A stretch of 64,000 bases of DNA from an uncultured Ignavibacteria bacterium (lineage in GTDB: Bacteria > Zixibacteria > MSB-5A5 > JAABVY01), in contig CAZBZV010000001.1 of assembly GCA_964496505.1 (NCBI GenBank), positions 117,209-181,208 on the forward strand. Direction: 5' to 3'. Both the position numbers and the translations under genes were made by a program. Positions 1 to 7,828 of the stretch are shown in pieces. Positions within the stretch are counted from its first letter, which is position 1, and every line of letters starts with the position of its first letter. The notes beneath the pieces are model-generated. The model was not told the origin of the DNA, made no database searches, and saw only the letters and a list, made by a program, of their open reading frames with translations.

Positions 1-1763
1 GACTTTTAATCATTGCGGATGAGATTTATGAAAAAGTTATTTACGATAATTTCAAGTTTACCTCGATAGCTTCATTGAGCGACAAGATCCGGGAAAAGAC
101 TGTTATTATAAACGGCGTATCCAAATCGTATTCAATGACCGGATGGCGTATCGGCTATGCTGCAGGACCGCGTGAGCTTATATCGGCAATGAATATCGTG
201 CAGTCGCATATGACCTCCAATCCGAATTCTGTAGCGCAGAAGGCGGCGGTTGAGGCATTTTCGGGCAATCAAGCTGCAATCGGACAGATGACCGCGCAGT
301 TCAATTCACGCCGAAATTATATGCTCAATAAGCTTAAGAGAATTCCCAATGTCTCTTGTTATGAGCCGCAGGGGGCATTTTATCTGTTCCCCAATACTTC
401 GGCTTACTACAATACCGAATTCGGCGGCATGAAAATCCGCAACTCATTCGGTCTGTCCTACTATCTTCTCAAAGAAGCGGCGGTGGCTGTGATTCCGGGA
501 AGCGCATTTGGCGCTGACCAGAATATCCGATTGTCGTATGCCACCTCGATGGAAAATATAGAGGAAGGGACTGACAGAATTATCGAGGCTATGGAGAAGT
601 TGAAGGAATCGCCTAAGTACAAAGAAGTGGCCTTGCAGAATGTGATGACCGAGCCGAAGGCAATGACAGATTCCAACCTGGAAATCTCTACCGAGGAGCG
701 CGACGCATTGGTTCAGGAGGCCGAAGCTGCCCTTCCTTATGACAGATATTTCGAATGGAATGCCAATATAAATGGCATCATCATTCAACTGCGCACTAAC
801 GTCCCGCATCTGTATGGTTTCTGGGTGGAGAACTGGTATCCGGCGCAGCTCGAATCCGATCTTGAGCCGCACGGGATTATCTATGCCGTTGACGGCGTCC
901 CCGGAAGAACGCCCTACGCATACTACAACCGTGCCATGAAAACCGCCATCATGTTTAATACGACATATTACGGTCAGGTGCGAAGCTGGGCGCTGGGTAT
1001 GGTTGCCGATTTGAGCGAGCGGCTTCTGGATGTACACGGGATTCGTGCGGCATGTATTGATTATGAGGGCAAAGCAATTGCCTTGATTGGTCCCAAGGGA
1101 CTCAAGCGCGGCTCGACATTTATAAGGCTTCTGGAAGATGATGAATCGAATTTCGTTACGAACGATTTTATCTTCGTGCGTTATCGTGCCGCCGATGCTG
1201 TGGCCGATTCTCCCGAGCGTAAATTCTATTTCAAGACCGTGATTGCCAAAGACCATCCTCATTATGAAAGAGTTTTCGACCGCAGTAAATGCGAAAATGT
1301 TGTCACCAAACGTTCCGACTGGACCAACACTGATATAATCAGCGAGGAGCTTCCTCTCGATCTGGGCGAACCATACTGCTACTGGGGCAGCAAAGATTCG
1401 CGAGCGATGGTCGATCCGGCCTGGATTAAGGGGCCGCATAAAGTAGTCAAGCGTTCACGAATAAAGGCGGTGGCTCTTCTTGCAAACGAGCCCAATGCTC
1501 CGGCGGTGGAGAAGCTTTCGCAGGACGATGCACTGGATTATATCTCACAGGGCAAGTACCGTCTTCCCAGCGGCGCCGGGATGGGACCTGTAAGGGAACA
1601 GCCCTTCTTCAATCCGTATATGCTGGGCGATCCTGTCGAGCTCGAAGATTTGCAGAGGCGCAATTTCCATCAGTTATTCCGTGTAGCCGATGCGTATAAA
1701 GTCAATATAGCGGCGATTCCCTCGGAGGCGCTTAAGTCGCGTGTCAAAGAGTTGATCGGGTAG
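1..1763 (+). CDS. 5'-partial class I/II (AspC-like) aminotransferase fused in-frame to a ~370-aa C-terminal domain carrying a degenerate P-loop (GPKGLKRGST...LLEDDE) reminiscent of HPrK/PEPCK-fold kinases
   Basis: Frame-3 ORF is open from window edge. N-part has the ADEIY and KSYSMTGWRIGY (PLP-Lys) aminotransferase motifs and ends ~pos 600. The ORF continues without a stop through ~370 aa with an 'AIALIGPKGLKRGSTFIRLLEDDESNFVTNDFIFV' block that aligns to the HPrK Walker-A/'RLVADD' region. Confidence 0.75.
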   Translation, partial: LLIIADEIYEKVIYDNFKFTSIASLSDKIREKTVIINGVSKSYSMTGWRIGYAAGPRELISAMNIVQSHMTSNPNSVAQKAAVEAFSGNQAAIGQMTAQFNSRRNYMLNKLKRIPNVSCYEPQGAFYLFPNTSAYYNTEFGGMKIRNSFGLSYYLLKEAAVAVIPGSAFGADQNIRLSYATSMENIEEGTDRIIEAMEKLKESPKYKEVALQNVMTEPKAMTDSNLEISTEERDALVQEAEAALPYDRYFEWNANINGIIIQLRTNVPHLYGFWVENWYPAQLESDLEPHGIIYAVDGVPGRTPYAYYNRAMKTAIMFNTTYYGQVRSWALGMVADLSERLLDVHGIRAACIDYEGKAIALIGPKGLKRGSTFIRLLEDDESNFVTNDFIFVRYRAADAVADSPERKFYFKTVIAKDHPHYERVFDRSKCENVVTKRSDWTNTDIISEELPLDLGEPYCYWGSKDSRAMVDPAWIKGPHKVVKRSRIKAVALLANEPNAPAVEKLSQDDALDYISQGKYRLPSGAGMGPVREQPFFNPYMLGDPVELEDLQRRNFHQLFRVADAYKVNIAAIPSEALKSRVKELIG

Positions 1764-1774
1764 GAGGAAAGATT

Positions 1775-2200
1775 ATGGCGAATACACTTGGAATCGTTAA
1801 GCCCGACGGCGTCAAACGCAAGCTGGTTGGAAATGTTATTTCCAGGATAGAAAAGGCTGATCTGGTTTTACGCGGTATGAAAGTCCTGAAGCTATCAAAA
1901 GATCAGGCGCAGAAGTTTTATGCGGTTCATGAGGGTAAGCCGTTTTATAATTCACTGGTGGAATTCATGACCTCCGGGCCAATCGTTGTGATGGTAATTG
2001 GCGGACATGATTCGATTAGGAGATGGCGTGACCTGATGGGTGCCACCGATCCGGCTAAGGCAAAGTATAACACAATCCGGCGCGAATATGGAACATCGGT
2101 CGAGAAAAATGTCGTCCATGGCTCAGATAGCGAGGTTACCTCTAAAGCCGAGGTATCGTTCTTTTTCAATGATGATGAAATTCTTCCCAAGGGGATTTAA
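1775..2200 (+). CDS. ndk: nucleoside diphosphate kinase
   Basis: 141 aa; IVKPDGV, YxxHxGKPFY, MTSGPIVVMV and NxxHGSDS motifs typical of Ndk; RBS GGAGGAAAG upstream. Confidence 0.95.
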   Translation: MANTLGIVKPDGVKRKLVGNVISRIEKADLVLRGMKVLKLSKDQAQKFYAVHEGKPFYNSLVEFMTSGPIVVMVIGGHDSIRRWRDLMGATDPAKAKYNTIRREYGTSVEKNVVHGSDSEVTSKAEVSFFFNDDEILPKGI

Positions 2201-2202
2201 AA

Positions 2203-4059
2203 ATGTCCGATTCTCTCTATGACATGAATTACTACAGCCGTTTCAATCGCGACCTTCAAAGGCGCTTGAACAGTCCCAATATAAAAGAAGTAAAGCTGAG
2301 TGACATGAAGGAGCCGTCCTATCAAACCGGACAGCGCACGAAGTACGGTTCATGGGGATGGCGTTCTGCAGTGTCCAGCAGAATCGGCGGCAAGACGGTT
2401 TATCTTGGATCAGAGAAATGCCGTGAATATCATCTGACAGACGGCAAGAAACAGATTATCCGCAATGCCCCCGAAGAGCTTGATAAGGTTTTGCATTTGA
2501 TGGAAACCTTGCCTATTGTCAAACTGCGCCGTCAGATGGGCGAGAATCCGGAGTTCAATCCTAAATGCAATTTGTATATGTCCATGGCCGATCCCAAGAA
2601 TGCGCGTAACGCTCTGATGTGGGGACATACTATGGGCAAACCGACCAATGCACCCGGCCCGGAATTTACCCTGATACATATCCCGGAAGAACATCATATC
2701 CGCCAGCAGGTGCTGATGCTGCCCGATTATAATACCACGATAGTACTTGGCTCGGATTATATGGGTGAGGACAAGAAGGGATTTCTGCGCAATGGCATGT
2801 ATTCAGCCGACAAGCTTAATATGCTGGGGCTTCATGCCGGTACCAAGGTTGTGATTATCCAGGATAAAAAGAGCGGCAAACTGAAAAAATACGGTGTGCT
2901 TCTTTTTGGTCTTTCTGCTACCGGCAAAAGCACCTGGTCATGCCATCAGCTTGGCCTCGACTGGAAGAAAGACGAGCGCACTCTTGTATGCCAGGACGAT
3001 ATCTGCTTTTTGAAGAATGACGGTTCCGCATACGGCTCCGAGCAGAATTATTTCGTCAAGACCGATGTCGATAAAAAGCTTCAGGAGTCGATGTATAATG
3101 CGCTGGTGCATAAGAGTGCGATGTATGAAAATGTCATGATCGACTCTGCCGGCAATCCGCAGTTTCTGGATGAGAATCTTTGCGGCAATGGCCGCGCGGT
3201 TATTATGCGCAAGCAGTTGAAGATCAAACGCGGTCACTGGCCGTTTGCGATGAAAGATATCTGGTATCCGACTTTAAATCTTCCGCCGGTAGAGGAGCTT
3301 GACGGGATAGTTTTTGCCTTTATTACAAGGCGTAATACGATCATGACCTTCTCGCAGCGCTTGACACCCACTCAGGCGGCACTTGCATATCTCTGGGGCG
3401 AGTCCAGTCACAGCTATGCCTCCAATCCGGCCAAGGCGGGCGAATCGGTTCGTACGGTGGGGACTGATCCGTTTATCGTGGGATCGCGCGCCGCCAAAGT
3501 GAATATGTTTTACAATATCGTTATGGACCTCGCCAACAGCTATCCTGACAAGGTTCATTTCTATCAGTACAACACCGGCGGTATGGGCGAGATTATCGAT
3601 AAGGACAGAGACGGCAACAAGAATATGATTCGCAAAACAGAGCGTGTGCCGATCGATACGATGGCTGCAATACAGCGCGGCGATTTGCGCGGCACCAATG
3701 AATACCGTCCCAGCCTTTTCGGCACCGAGGAAATAATTTCAGCCGAGGGCGTTGACCTTAGTATGTATCGTCCCGAGAAATATTACTCGCAGGAGCAGAT
3801 CGATAATTACCTGCGTGATCTGGTAAACGGCCGCCGCAAGTTTACCGAGAATGTTGCGGAGGAGGGTTTGATGCCGGAGATAATAAGAGCAGCCGAGGTA
3901 TCATACAGCATCGCGCCCGATTCCGGTACGACTGTTTCGATGGCAACTATAAGACAGAAGGAGGAGCCGCCTCCTCCCAAAGAAAAGCCGGTGACAAAGC
4001 TGACCGACTGGAAACCGAATCCGCGTCTTGCGCGCGACCGCGGCTGGCGATATGGTTGA
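2203..4059 (+). CDS. pckA: phosphoenolpyruvate carboxykinase (ATP)-like protein, divergent with extended termini
   Basis: The block 'GSDYMGEDKKG...LHAGTKVV...FGLSATGKST...CQDDICF...NYFVKT...GNGRAVIM' parallels E. coli PckA 'GTWYGGEMKKG...H...FGLSGTGKTTLS...IGDDEHGW...CYAKT...ENTRVSYP'. Catalytic Lys/His/Lys/Asp/Arg equivalents are present. Confidence 0.8.
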   Translation: MSDSLYDMNYYSRFNRDLQRRLNSPNIKEVKLSDMKEPSYQTGQRTKYGSWGWRSAVSSRIGGKTVYLGSEKCREYHLTDGKKQIIRNAPEELDKVLHLMETLPIVKLRRQMGENPEFNPKCNLYMSMADPKNARNALMWGHTMGKPTNAPGPEFTLIHIPEEHHIRQQVLMLPDYNTTIVLGSDYMGEDKKGFLRNGMYSADKLNMLGLHAGTKVVIIQDKKSGKLKKYGVLLFGLSATGKSTWSCHQLGLDWKKDERTLVCQDDICFLKNDGSAYGSEQNYFVKTDVDKKLQESMYNALVHKSAMYENVMIDSAGNPQFLDENLCGNGRAVIMRKQLKIKRGHWPFAMKDIWYPTLNLPPVEELDGIVFAFITRRNTIMTFSQRLTPTQAALAYLWGESSHSYASNPAKAGESVRTVGTDPFIVGSRAAKVNMFYNIVMDLANSYPDKVHFYQYNTGGMGEIIDKDRDGNKNMIRKTERVPIDTMAAIQRGDLRGTNEYRPSLFGTEEIISAEGVDLSMYRPEKYYSQEQIDNYLRDLVNGRRKFTENVAEEGLMPEIIRAAEVSYSIAPDSGTTVSMATIRQKEEPPPPKEKPVTKLTDWKPNPRLARDRGWRYG

Positions 4060-4091
4060 TAATGTTTTGGAATTATTGTATAAATATAAAT

Positions 4092-4119
4092 ACCGCCTGA
4101 GATAACAAGGCGGTTTTTT
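4092..4119 (+). terminator. rho-independent terminator after pckA-like gene
   Basis: accgcc-tgagataacaa-ggcggt stem-loop followed by TTTTTTG. Confidence 0.7.
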
Positions 4120-4144
4120 GTAGAGGATGGATTGATTAAAATGT

Positions 4145-4158
4145 AGCCCACCTGAAAG
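4145..4158. repeat. 14-bp direct repeat agcccacctgaaag (copy 1 of 2)
   Basis: Exact 14-mer recurs at 4861..4874; each copy lies ~200/45 bp upstream of a 76-bp palindromic element. Confidence 0.6.
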
Positions 4159-4274
4159 ATGGGGAGCAGCCAACATTCACCTGCTGTGTTTCTTTTCAAA
4201 ATCGGACGTAGCAGTTGAAAAATATTATGCCCGCCCGTTGGGTGGGATACAAAAGGTACAAAATGATTTCCCAG

Positions 4275-4355
4275 GGTGACCCAATCTTTAGATTGGGTAA
4301 GGGCTTTCGCCATATGAATATTCCTCCCAAGCTGAAGCTTGGTGCACCCGGGCAA
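4275..4355. repeat. ~80-bp hairpin-pair dispersed repeat (ggtgacccaatcttYagattggg ... cccaagctgaagcttggYRcacccRggcaa), copy 1
   Basis: Two short perfect hairpins ~40 bp apart; same two-hairpin unit recurs at 7491..7571; second hairpin recurs inverted at 45981..46005. Confidence 0.75.
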
Positions 4356-4363
4356 ACTTATCC

Positions 4364-4439
4364 TGTCATTCTGAGCGTAGTGAAGAATCTTTTTGAATCG
4401 TGCGAGATTCTTCGGTCGTTTCACTCCCTTAGAATGACA
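4364..4439. repeat. 76-bp imperfect palindromic element with 12-bp terminal inverted repeats tgtcattctgag/cttagaatgaca (copy 1)
   Basis: Second copy ~85% identical at 4905..4980. Internal gaatct/agattc and gtgaa/ttcac pairings give a long bulged hairpin/cruciform. Confidence 0.8.
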
Positions 4440-4458
4440 TCAATAGCATATATAAAAT

Positions 4459-4851
4459 ATGATCAGGTTCGAATTTACAGTTGAGGGGACGCCGATCTCG
4501 CAACAGGCCAAAAAGCGGCGCGTTCTTAATCAATGGAAGGCACAGGTGCGCAACACTGCACGCAAGTACTGGCCTCATAAACAGCCCCCGACCAGGGATC
4601 AGATTCGTATGACCCTGACGTATTTTTATAAATTCGAAGCTCTGGATGTTGACAATATGATCAAGCCGATTCAGGATGCCTTGATCGGACTGGTCTATAA
4701 TGATGATAAGCAGATCACCGATGTTTACAGCCGCAAGCGCAAACTTAATACGAGCTTTCGTTTGTTGAACGTCTCGCCGGCAATTGCACGCGGACTTGCC
4801 AGTGGCCGGGAGTTTTTGCATGTGCTGATCGAAGATGCAAGGATGGTATAA
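4459..4851 (+). CDS. rusA: RusA-family Holliday junction resolvase (endodeoxyribonuclease RusA)
   Basis: 130 aa; 'DVDNMIKPIQDALIGLVYNDDKQI' matches the RusA catalytic D-x-DN...DAL...Y-DD-Q signature. No SD; ATG immediately follows TATAAAAT (possible leaderless transcript). Confidence 0.8.
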   Translation: MIRFEFTVEGTPISQQAKKRRVLNQWKAQVRNTARKYWPHKQPPTRDQIRMTLTYFYKFEALDVDNMIKPIQDALIGLVYNDDKQITDVYSRKRKLNTSFRLLNVSPAIARGLASGREFLHVLIEDARMV

Positions 4852-4860
4852 AATAATTGC

Positions 4861-4874
4861 AGCCCACCTGAAAG
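4861..4874. repeat. 14-bp direct repeat agcccacctgaaag (copy 2)
   Basis: Identical to 4145..4158. Confidence 0.6.
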
Positions 4875-4904
4875 GGCTTGTTGGAAAAGTATGTTGATTT
4901 AATC

Positions 4905-4980
4905 TGTCATTCTGAGCGAAGCGAAGAATCTGCATGATTCGTGAAAGATTCTTCGGTCGTTTCACTCACTCAGAATGACA
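4905..4980. repeat. 76-bp imperfect palindromic element (copy 2), TIRs tgtcattctgag/ctcagaatgaca
   Basis: Near-identical to 4364..4439; the two copies bracket rusA. Confidence 0.8.
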
Positions 4981-5004
4981 GTACAAGGGCATTTTAAAAA
5001 ATAT

Positions 5005-5664
5005 ATGGCGCAGCGAAAAACAGACAGAGAACGCAAACGGATCACCGCAATCGCGCGGGAGTATGCCGAGAAGGGGTATGATGTTAATGTCAGCCCGAAT
5101 CGTGATGAGCTCCCGGAATTTCTGCAGAACTTCCGTCCTGATATCGTTGCCACAAGCTACAACGAAAATGTTGTGGTGGAGGTCAAGGCGGGAAAGAATC
5201 TGGTCAAGTCGCCATATCTTCCCAAGCTGGCCAAGGCTATCGAGGAAAACGAGTGCTGGCGTTTCGAGATGGTGGTCACCAATCCGCGCCGCAAGAATGA
5301 ACCGATTGAAGATGATATCGATGTCCTGAATAAAGGGGATATCATAAAGCGTATCGATGAGATAAAACATCTTCTGGAAATAGGGCAGATCGAGGCGGCG
5401 ATTCTTTTGGGATGGTCGGCAATCGAGGGCACGCTCAGGCTTCTGGCAAAAAAAGAAAGAGTTAAGATAAAGCGACGGACGCCCTCATACGTGGCTAAAA
5501 AGATGCTCAACCTGGGAATCATCACTCAGGAGGATCATGACATCCTTCATGACGCCATCGAACTCCGCAACGCAGTTATCCACGGCTACAAAACGGCCCA
5601 GGCCGATTCGGGTGTGGTGGTGGATATGCTGGCGATAGTGGAAAAATTATTGACAGATTTATAA
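5005..5664 (+). CDS. fusion protein: N-terminal Hjc/AHJR-like PD-(D/E)xK nuclease-fold domain + C-terminal HEPN domain (Rx4HxY)
   Basis: N-part 'ERKRITAIAREYAEKGYDV...RPDIVATSYNENVVVEVKAGKN' matches the E...G+xV...PDIxA...EVK pattern of archaeal Hjc/restriction-endonuclease fold. C-part 'IELRNAVIHGY' is a canonical HEPN R-x4-H-x-Y motif. Start moved to ATG 5005 because 4975 lies inside the palindromic repeat. Confidence 0.6.
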   Translation: MAQRKTDRERKRITAIAREYAEKGYDVNVSPNRDELPEFLQNFRPDIVATSYNENVVVEVKAGKNLVKSPYLPKLAKAIEENECWRFEMVVTNPRRKNEPIEDDIDVLNKGDIIKRIDEIKHLLEIGQIEAAILLGWSAIEGTLRLLAKKERVKIKRRTPSYVAKKMLNLGIITQEDHDILHDAIELRNAVIHGYKTAQADSGVVVDMLAIVEKLLTDL

Positions 5665-5948
5665 AACTGCTGGCAAAAGCCTGAACAATTTACATGCAGT
5701 ACAAAATAACCTTATGAGACGCAGTTCATTCCGAATCCGTCCTGGGCAATTCTAATCTCTAACGGTAATCAGACTCTCTCTTATATGAGTCAGTTCTCCT
5801 AAAGTGATTATTGGATCCGGTCGATGAATTAAGGGTGAAAATAAATGCTGGAGATATTTGTTGGAGCAAATGTCTTCCGTTATCATCCTCTGTAGTGACA
5901 CCGCGGAAAAAATCATAGAATAAAAAATAAGTAGGGAAAGAGGTTTTT

Positions 5949-6218
5949 ATGGCTCTATCAAGATGTCTCGAGCGGCACTCGCCGCCCAAAAGCAATCGAT
6001 ATGTTTCTTATGCGTTTCCATTAGGCTATCCAAACTCATCGACAATCTGTGGAAATCCAAACTGTCAAAATCCCGGAGTCATATGGCTAAAGAGAGATGA
6101 GAAGGGCAAGTACCAAAATGGAATGAGGTTCTTTTCATACGATTCGCATGTTGCCAGTGTAAGAGTAGGTGACCAAAATATAAAGACACTTCAGACTAGA
6201 ATAGATAACGAATCTTGA
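5949..6218 (+). CDS. hypothetical small Cys-containing protein (possible zinc ribbon: C..H / CGNPNCQNPG)
   Basis: 89-aa ORF with good SD (GGAAAGAGG, 8 nt upstream); no recognisable family. Confidence 0.35.
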   Translation: MALSRCLERHSPPKSNRYVSYAFPLGYPNSSTICGNPNCQNPGVIWLKRDEKGKYQNGMRFFSYDSHVASVRVGDQNIKTLQTRIDNES

Positions 6219-6231
6219 GAGGAGGAAAAAA

Positions 6232-7164
6232 ATGGGAGGCGTCAGACTGATGAAATCCATAGTTTTAGGATTTTTATTATTATTTACGCTCAGTGTGGCC
6301 TGTAGCCTGAGCAAAGAGGAAGCCGAGGCCAGAGAAGCCGCACGGCAAGTTAGAGTGTTTTTTGATAACATTTTGCAGAAGGGCGACTTGAAAACTGCTT
6401 ATGGAATGCTTTCGGCAGATACAAGGGTGACATGGCTTATGTATGGCGGAGAATACTATAATTCAATTGTTACAGCTGTTATAAGGGATGATAGCGAAAC
6501 CCTGCCGGATAACGTTAAACTCATTAGGGAAGCAGTCGCTGAATTTACCCCCGTACCTATGAACTTGATTCGTTATGAAATTGGTAATCCGAAATATTTT
6601 AATGATTCTGCCATAGTGCCCATAACTTTTTGTGTCGCTTCGGTACCTGAATTAGACCAACTTTTTGATTCATTTATAGAGATGGTCGAAAATAACAATT
6701 TTAATGATATGACTTACAATATGAAAAAGGAGACGATTGTATGGACAGCCCAAAAAATTAAAAGTGCCGTTAAGGACAAAACCTTTGAAATGCAGGTAAA
6801 AGCTAGAGATATAACATTAATCAAAGAAAATGGAAAATGGAAACTATCACTCGCTGAAAGCCCTGAAACTGCGTTAAAACAGAACAAGACCGAAGAAGCC
6901 CAGCTTGTCTTAAAGCAGATCTATATAATGCAGCGCACATACAGAAAGCAGTTTGATACCTATTCGGAAGATTTGATGGCTTTAGGTGTTGAAATTCCCT
7001 GGAACGCCCGGTATGATTATTCAATAGTCTCGTTTGACTCTACCACATTCGTGGCTCAGGCACATTTGTCTTCTCCGGGTGTCGACGATGACCCCACTCC
7101 TGACACCTGGACAATTGATCAAGACGGGAGTATCATGCATGTGTCGAATGATATAACAAACTAA
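6232..7164 (+). CDS. lipoprotein with C-terminal pilin/pseudopilin-like segment
   Basis: Strong SD GAGGAGG. Signal peptide with lipobox LSVAC. C-terminal 'EAQLVLKQIYIMQRTYRKQFDTYSEDLMALGVEIP' resembles the N-terminal helix region of type IV pilin-like/GspG proteins. Confidence 0.55.
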   Translation: MGGVRLMKSIVLGFLLLFTLSVACSLSKEEAEAREAARQVRVFFDNILQKGDLKTAYGMLSADTRVTWLMYGGEYYNSIVTAVIRDDSETLPDNVKLIREAVAEFTPVPMNLIRYEIGNPKYFNDSAIVPITFCVASVPELDQLFDSFIEMVENNNFNDMTYNMKKETIVWTAQKIKSAVKDKTFEMQVKARDITLIKENGKWKLSLAESPETALKQNKTEEAQLVLKQIYIMQRTYRKQFDTYSEDLMALGVEIPWNARYDYSIVSFDSTTFVAQAHLSSPGVDDDPTPDTWTIDQDGSIMHVSNDITN

Positions 7165-7186
7165 ATAGTGGGCATTTACATTGGTA

Positions 7187-7220
7187 AGGTGTTGGCAAGA
7201 AAAGAGTCAACACCTTTCTT
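7187..7220 (+). terminator. bidirectional stem-loop terminator (ggtgttg...caacacc + TTTCTTATTT)
   Basis: 7-bp stem, 13-nt loop, T-rich tail on + strand; sits between converging lipoprotein gene and small minus-strand ORF. Confidence 0.5.
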
Positions 7221-7315
7221 ATTTCCAATAGTATTACCATTTATAATATTTAACATTATCAAAATCACCGAAAGATCTACCGCTTGATGCTCTTCTCGAC
7301 ATCGCCCAGCATCTC

Positions 7316-7390
7316 TAAAAGATTGGCAGCGACAAAGCCCGCAATTGCGAGCGCAACCATAATAATGATTATTATCAGAACGACATTCAT
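7316..7390 (-). CDS. candidate 24-aa hydrophobic peptide MNVVLIIIIIMVALAIAGFVAANL
   Basis: Hand translation of minus strand; near-consensus SD AGGAGGGG 6 nt upstream of ATG. Entirely hydrophobic single helix; below ORF-track size cutoff. Confidence 0.25.
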
Positions 7391-7490
7391 AGCCCCTCCT
7401 CTAAGGATTTGAATTTAAACTAACATTTTTGTATGGAGAGGTCAAGATTAAACAACGGGAGAGATTTTTGGGGGTGGCAAATAATCTCAA

Positions 7491-7571
7491 GGTGACCCAA
7501 TCTTCAGATTGGGAAGTTATTTTAATAAGCAAACCATTTATCCCAAGCTGAAGCTTGGCACACCCAGGCAA
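7491..7571. repeat. ~80-bp hairpin-pair dispersed repeat, copy 2
   Basis: ggtgacccaatcttcagattggg ... cccaagctgaagcttggcacacccaggcaa; matches 4275..4355 block-for-block. Confidence 0.75.
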
Positions 7572-7584
7572 TGACAGGGTGGCA

Positions 7585-7646
7585 CGCCCAAACTGGCTTT
7601 GGGCGGGTAGAAAATATTTAACCTGCCCAAACGAAGTTTGAGCAGG
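7585..7646. repeat. two further small palindromes (cgcccaaactggctttgggcg; cctgcccaaacgaagtttgagcagg)
   Basis: Same cccaaa/tttggg-type stem design as the neighbouring repeat family. Confidence 0.5.
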
Positions 7647-7828
7647 CCACCCGGATGATGCTTTCGGCCGATTATCCTTGAAATGACATTTTATAGCGGT
7701 AGGGCAGAATCCAAGCGAATCGCAGTGATCAAATTTTCAATACCAAAAAAATAGTCAGAACCACTTCGTTTTACTTAGGGTTCTGACCTACTCTTTTCTT
7801 CATAATATGTTGTGCTTTAATTCGATTC

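Noticed and set aside
444-1439. 331-aa minus-strand ORF inside the aminotransferase fusion gene
   Set aside because: Antisense shadow ORF entirely within a well-supported + strand CDS; no motifs.
3807-4965. Minus-strand ORFs 3807..4424 and 4429..4965, both beginning MKRPKNL.R...IL..AQNDR
   Set aside because: Their shared N-termini are simply the 76-bp palindromic repeat read in frame. They overlap the pckA-like and rusA genes antisense and have no RBS. Treated as artefacts of the repeat.
4100-7700. Possible CRISPR array suggested by recurring short palindromic repeats
   Set aside because: The repeats are irregularly spaced, occur in both orientations and differ in sequence class. There are no regular repeat-spacer units and no cas genes nearby.
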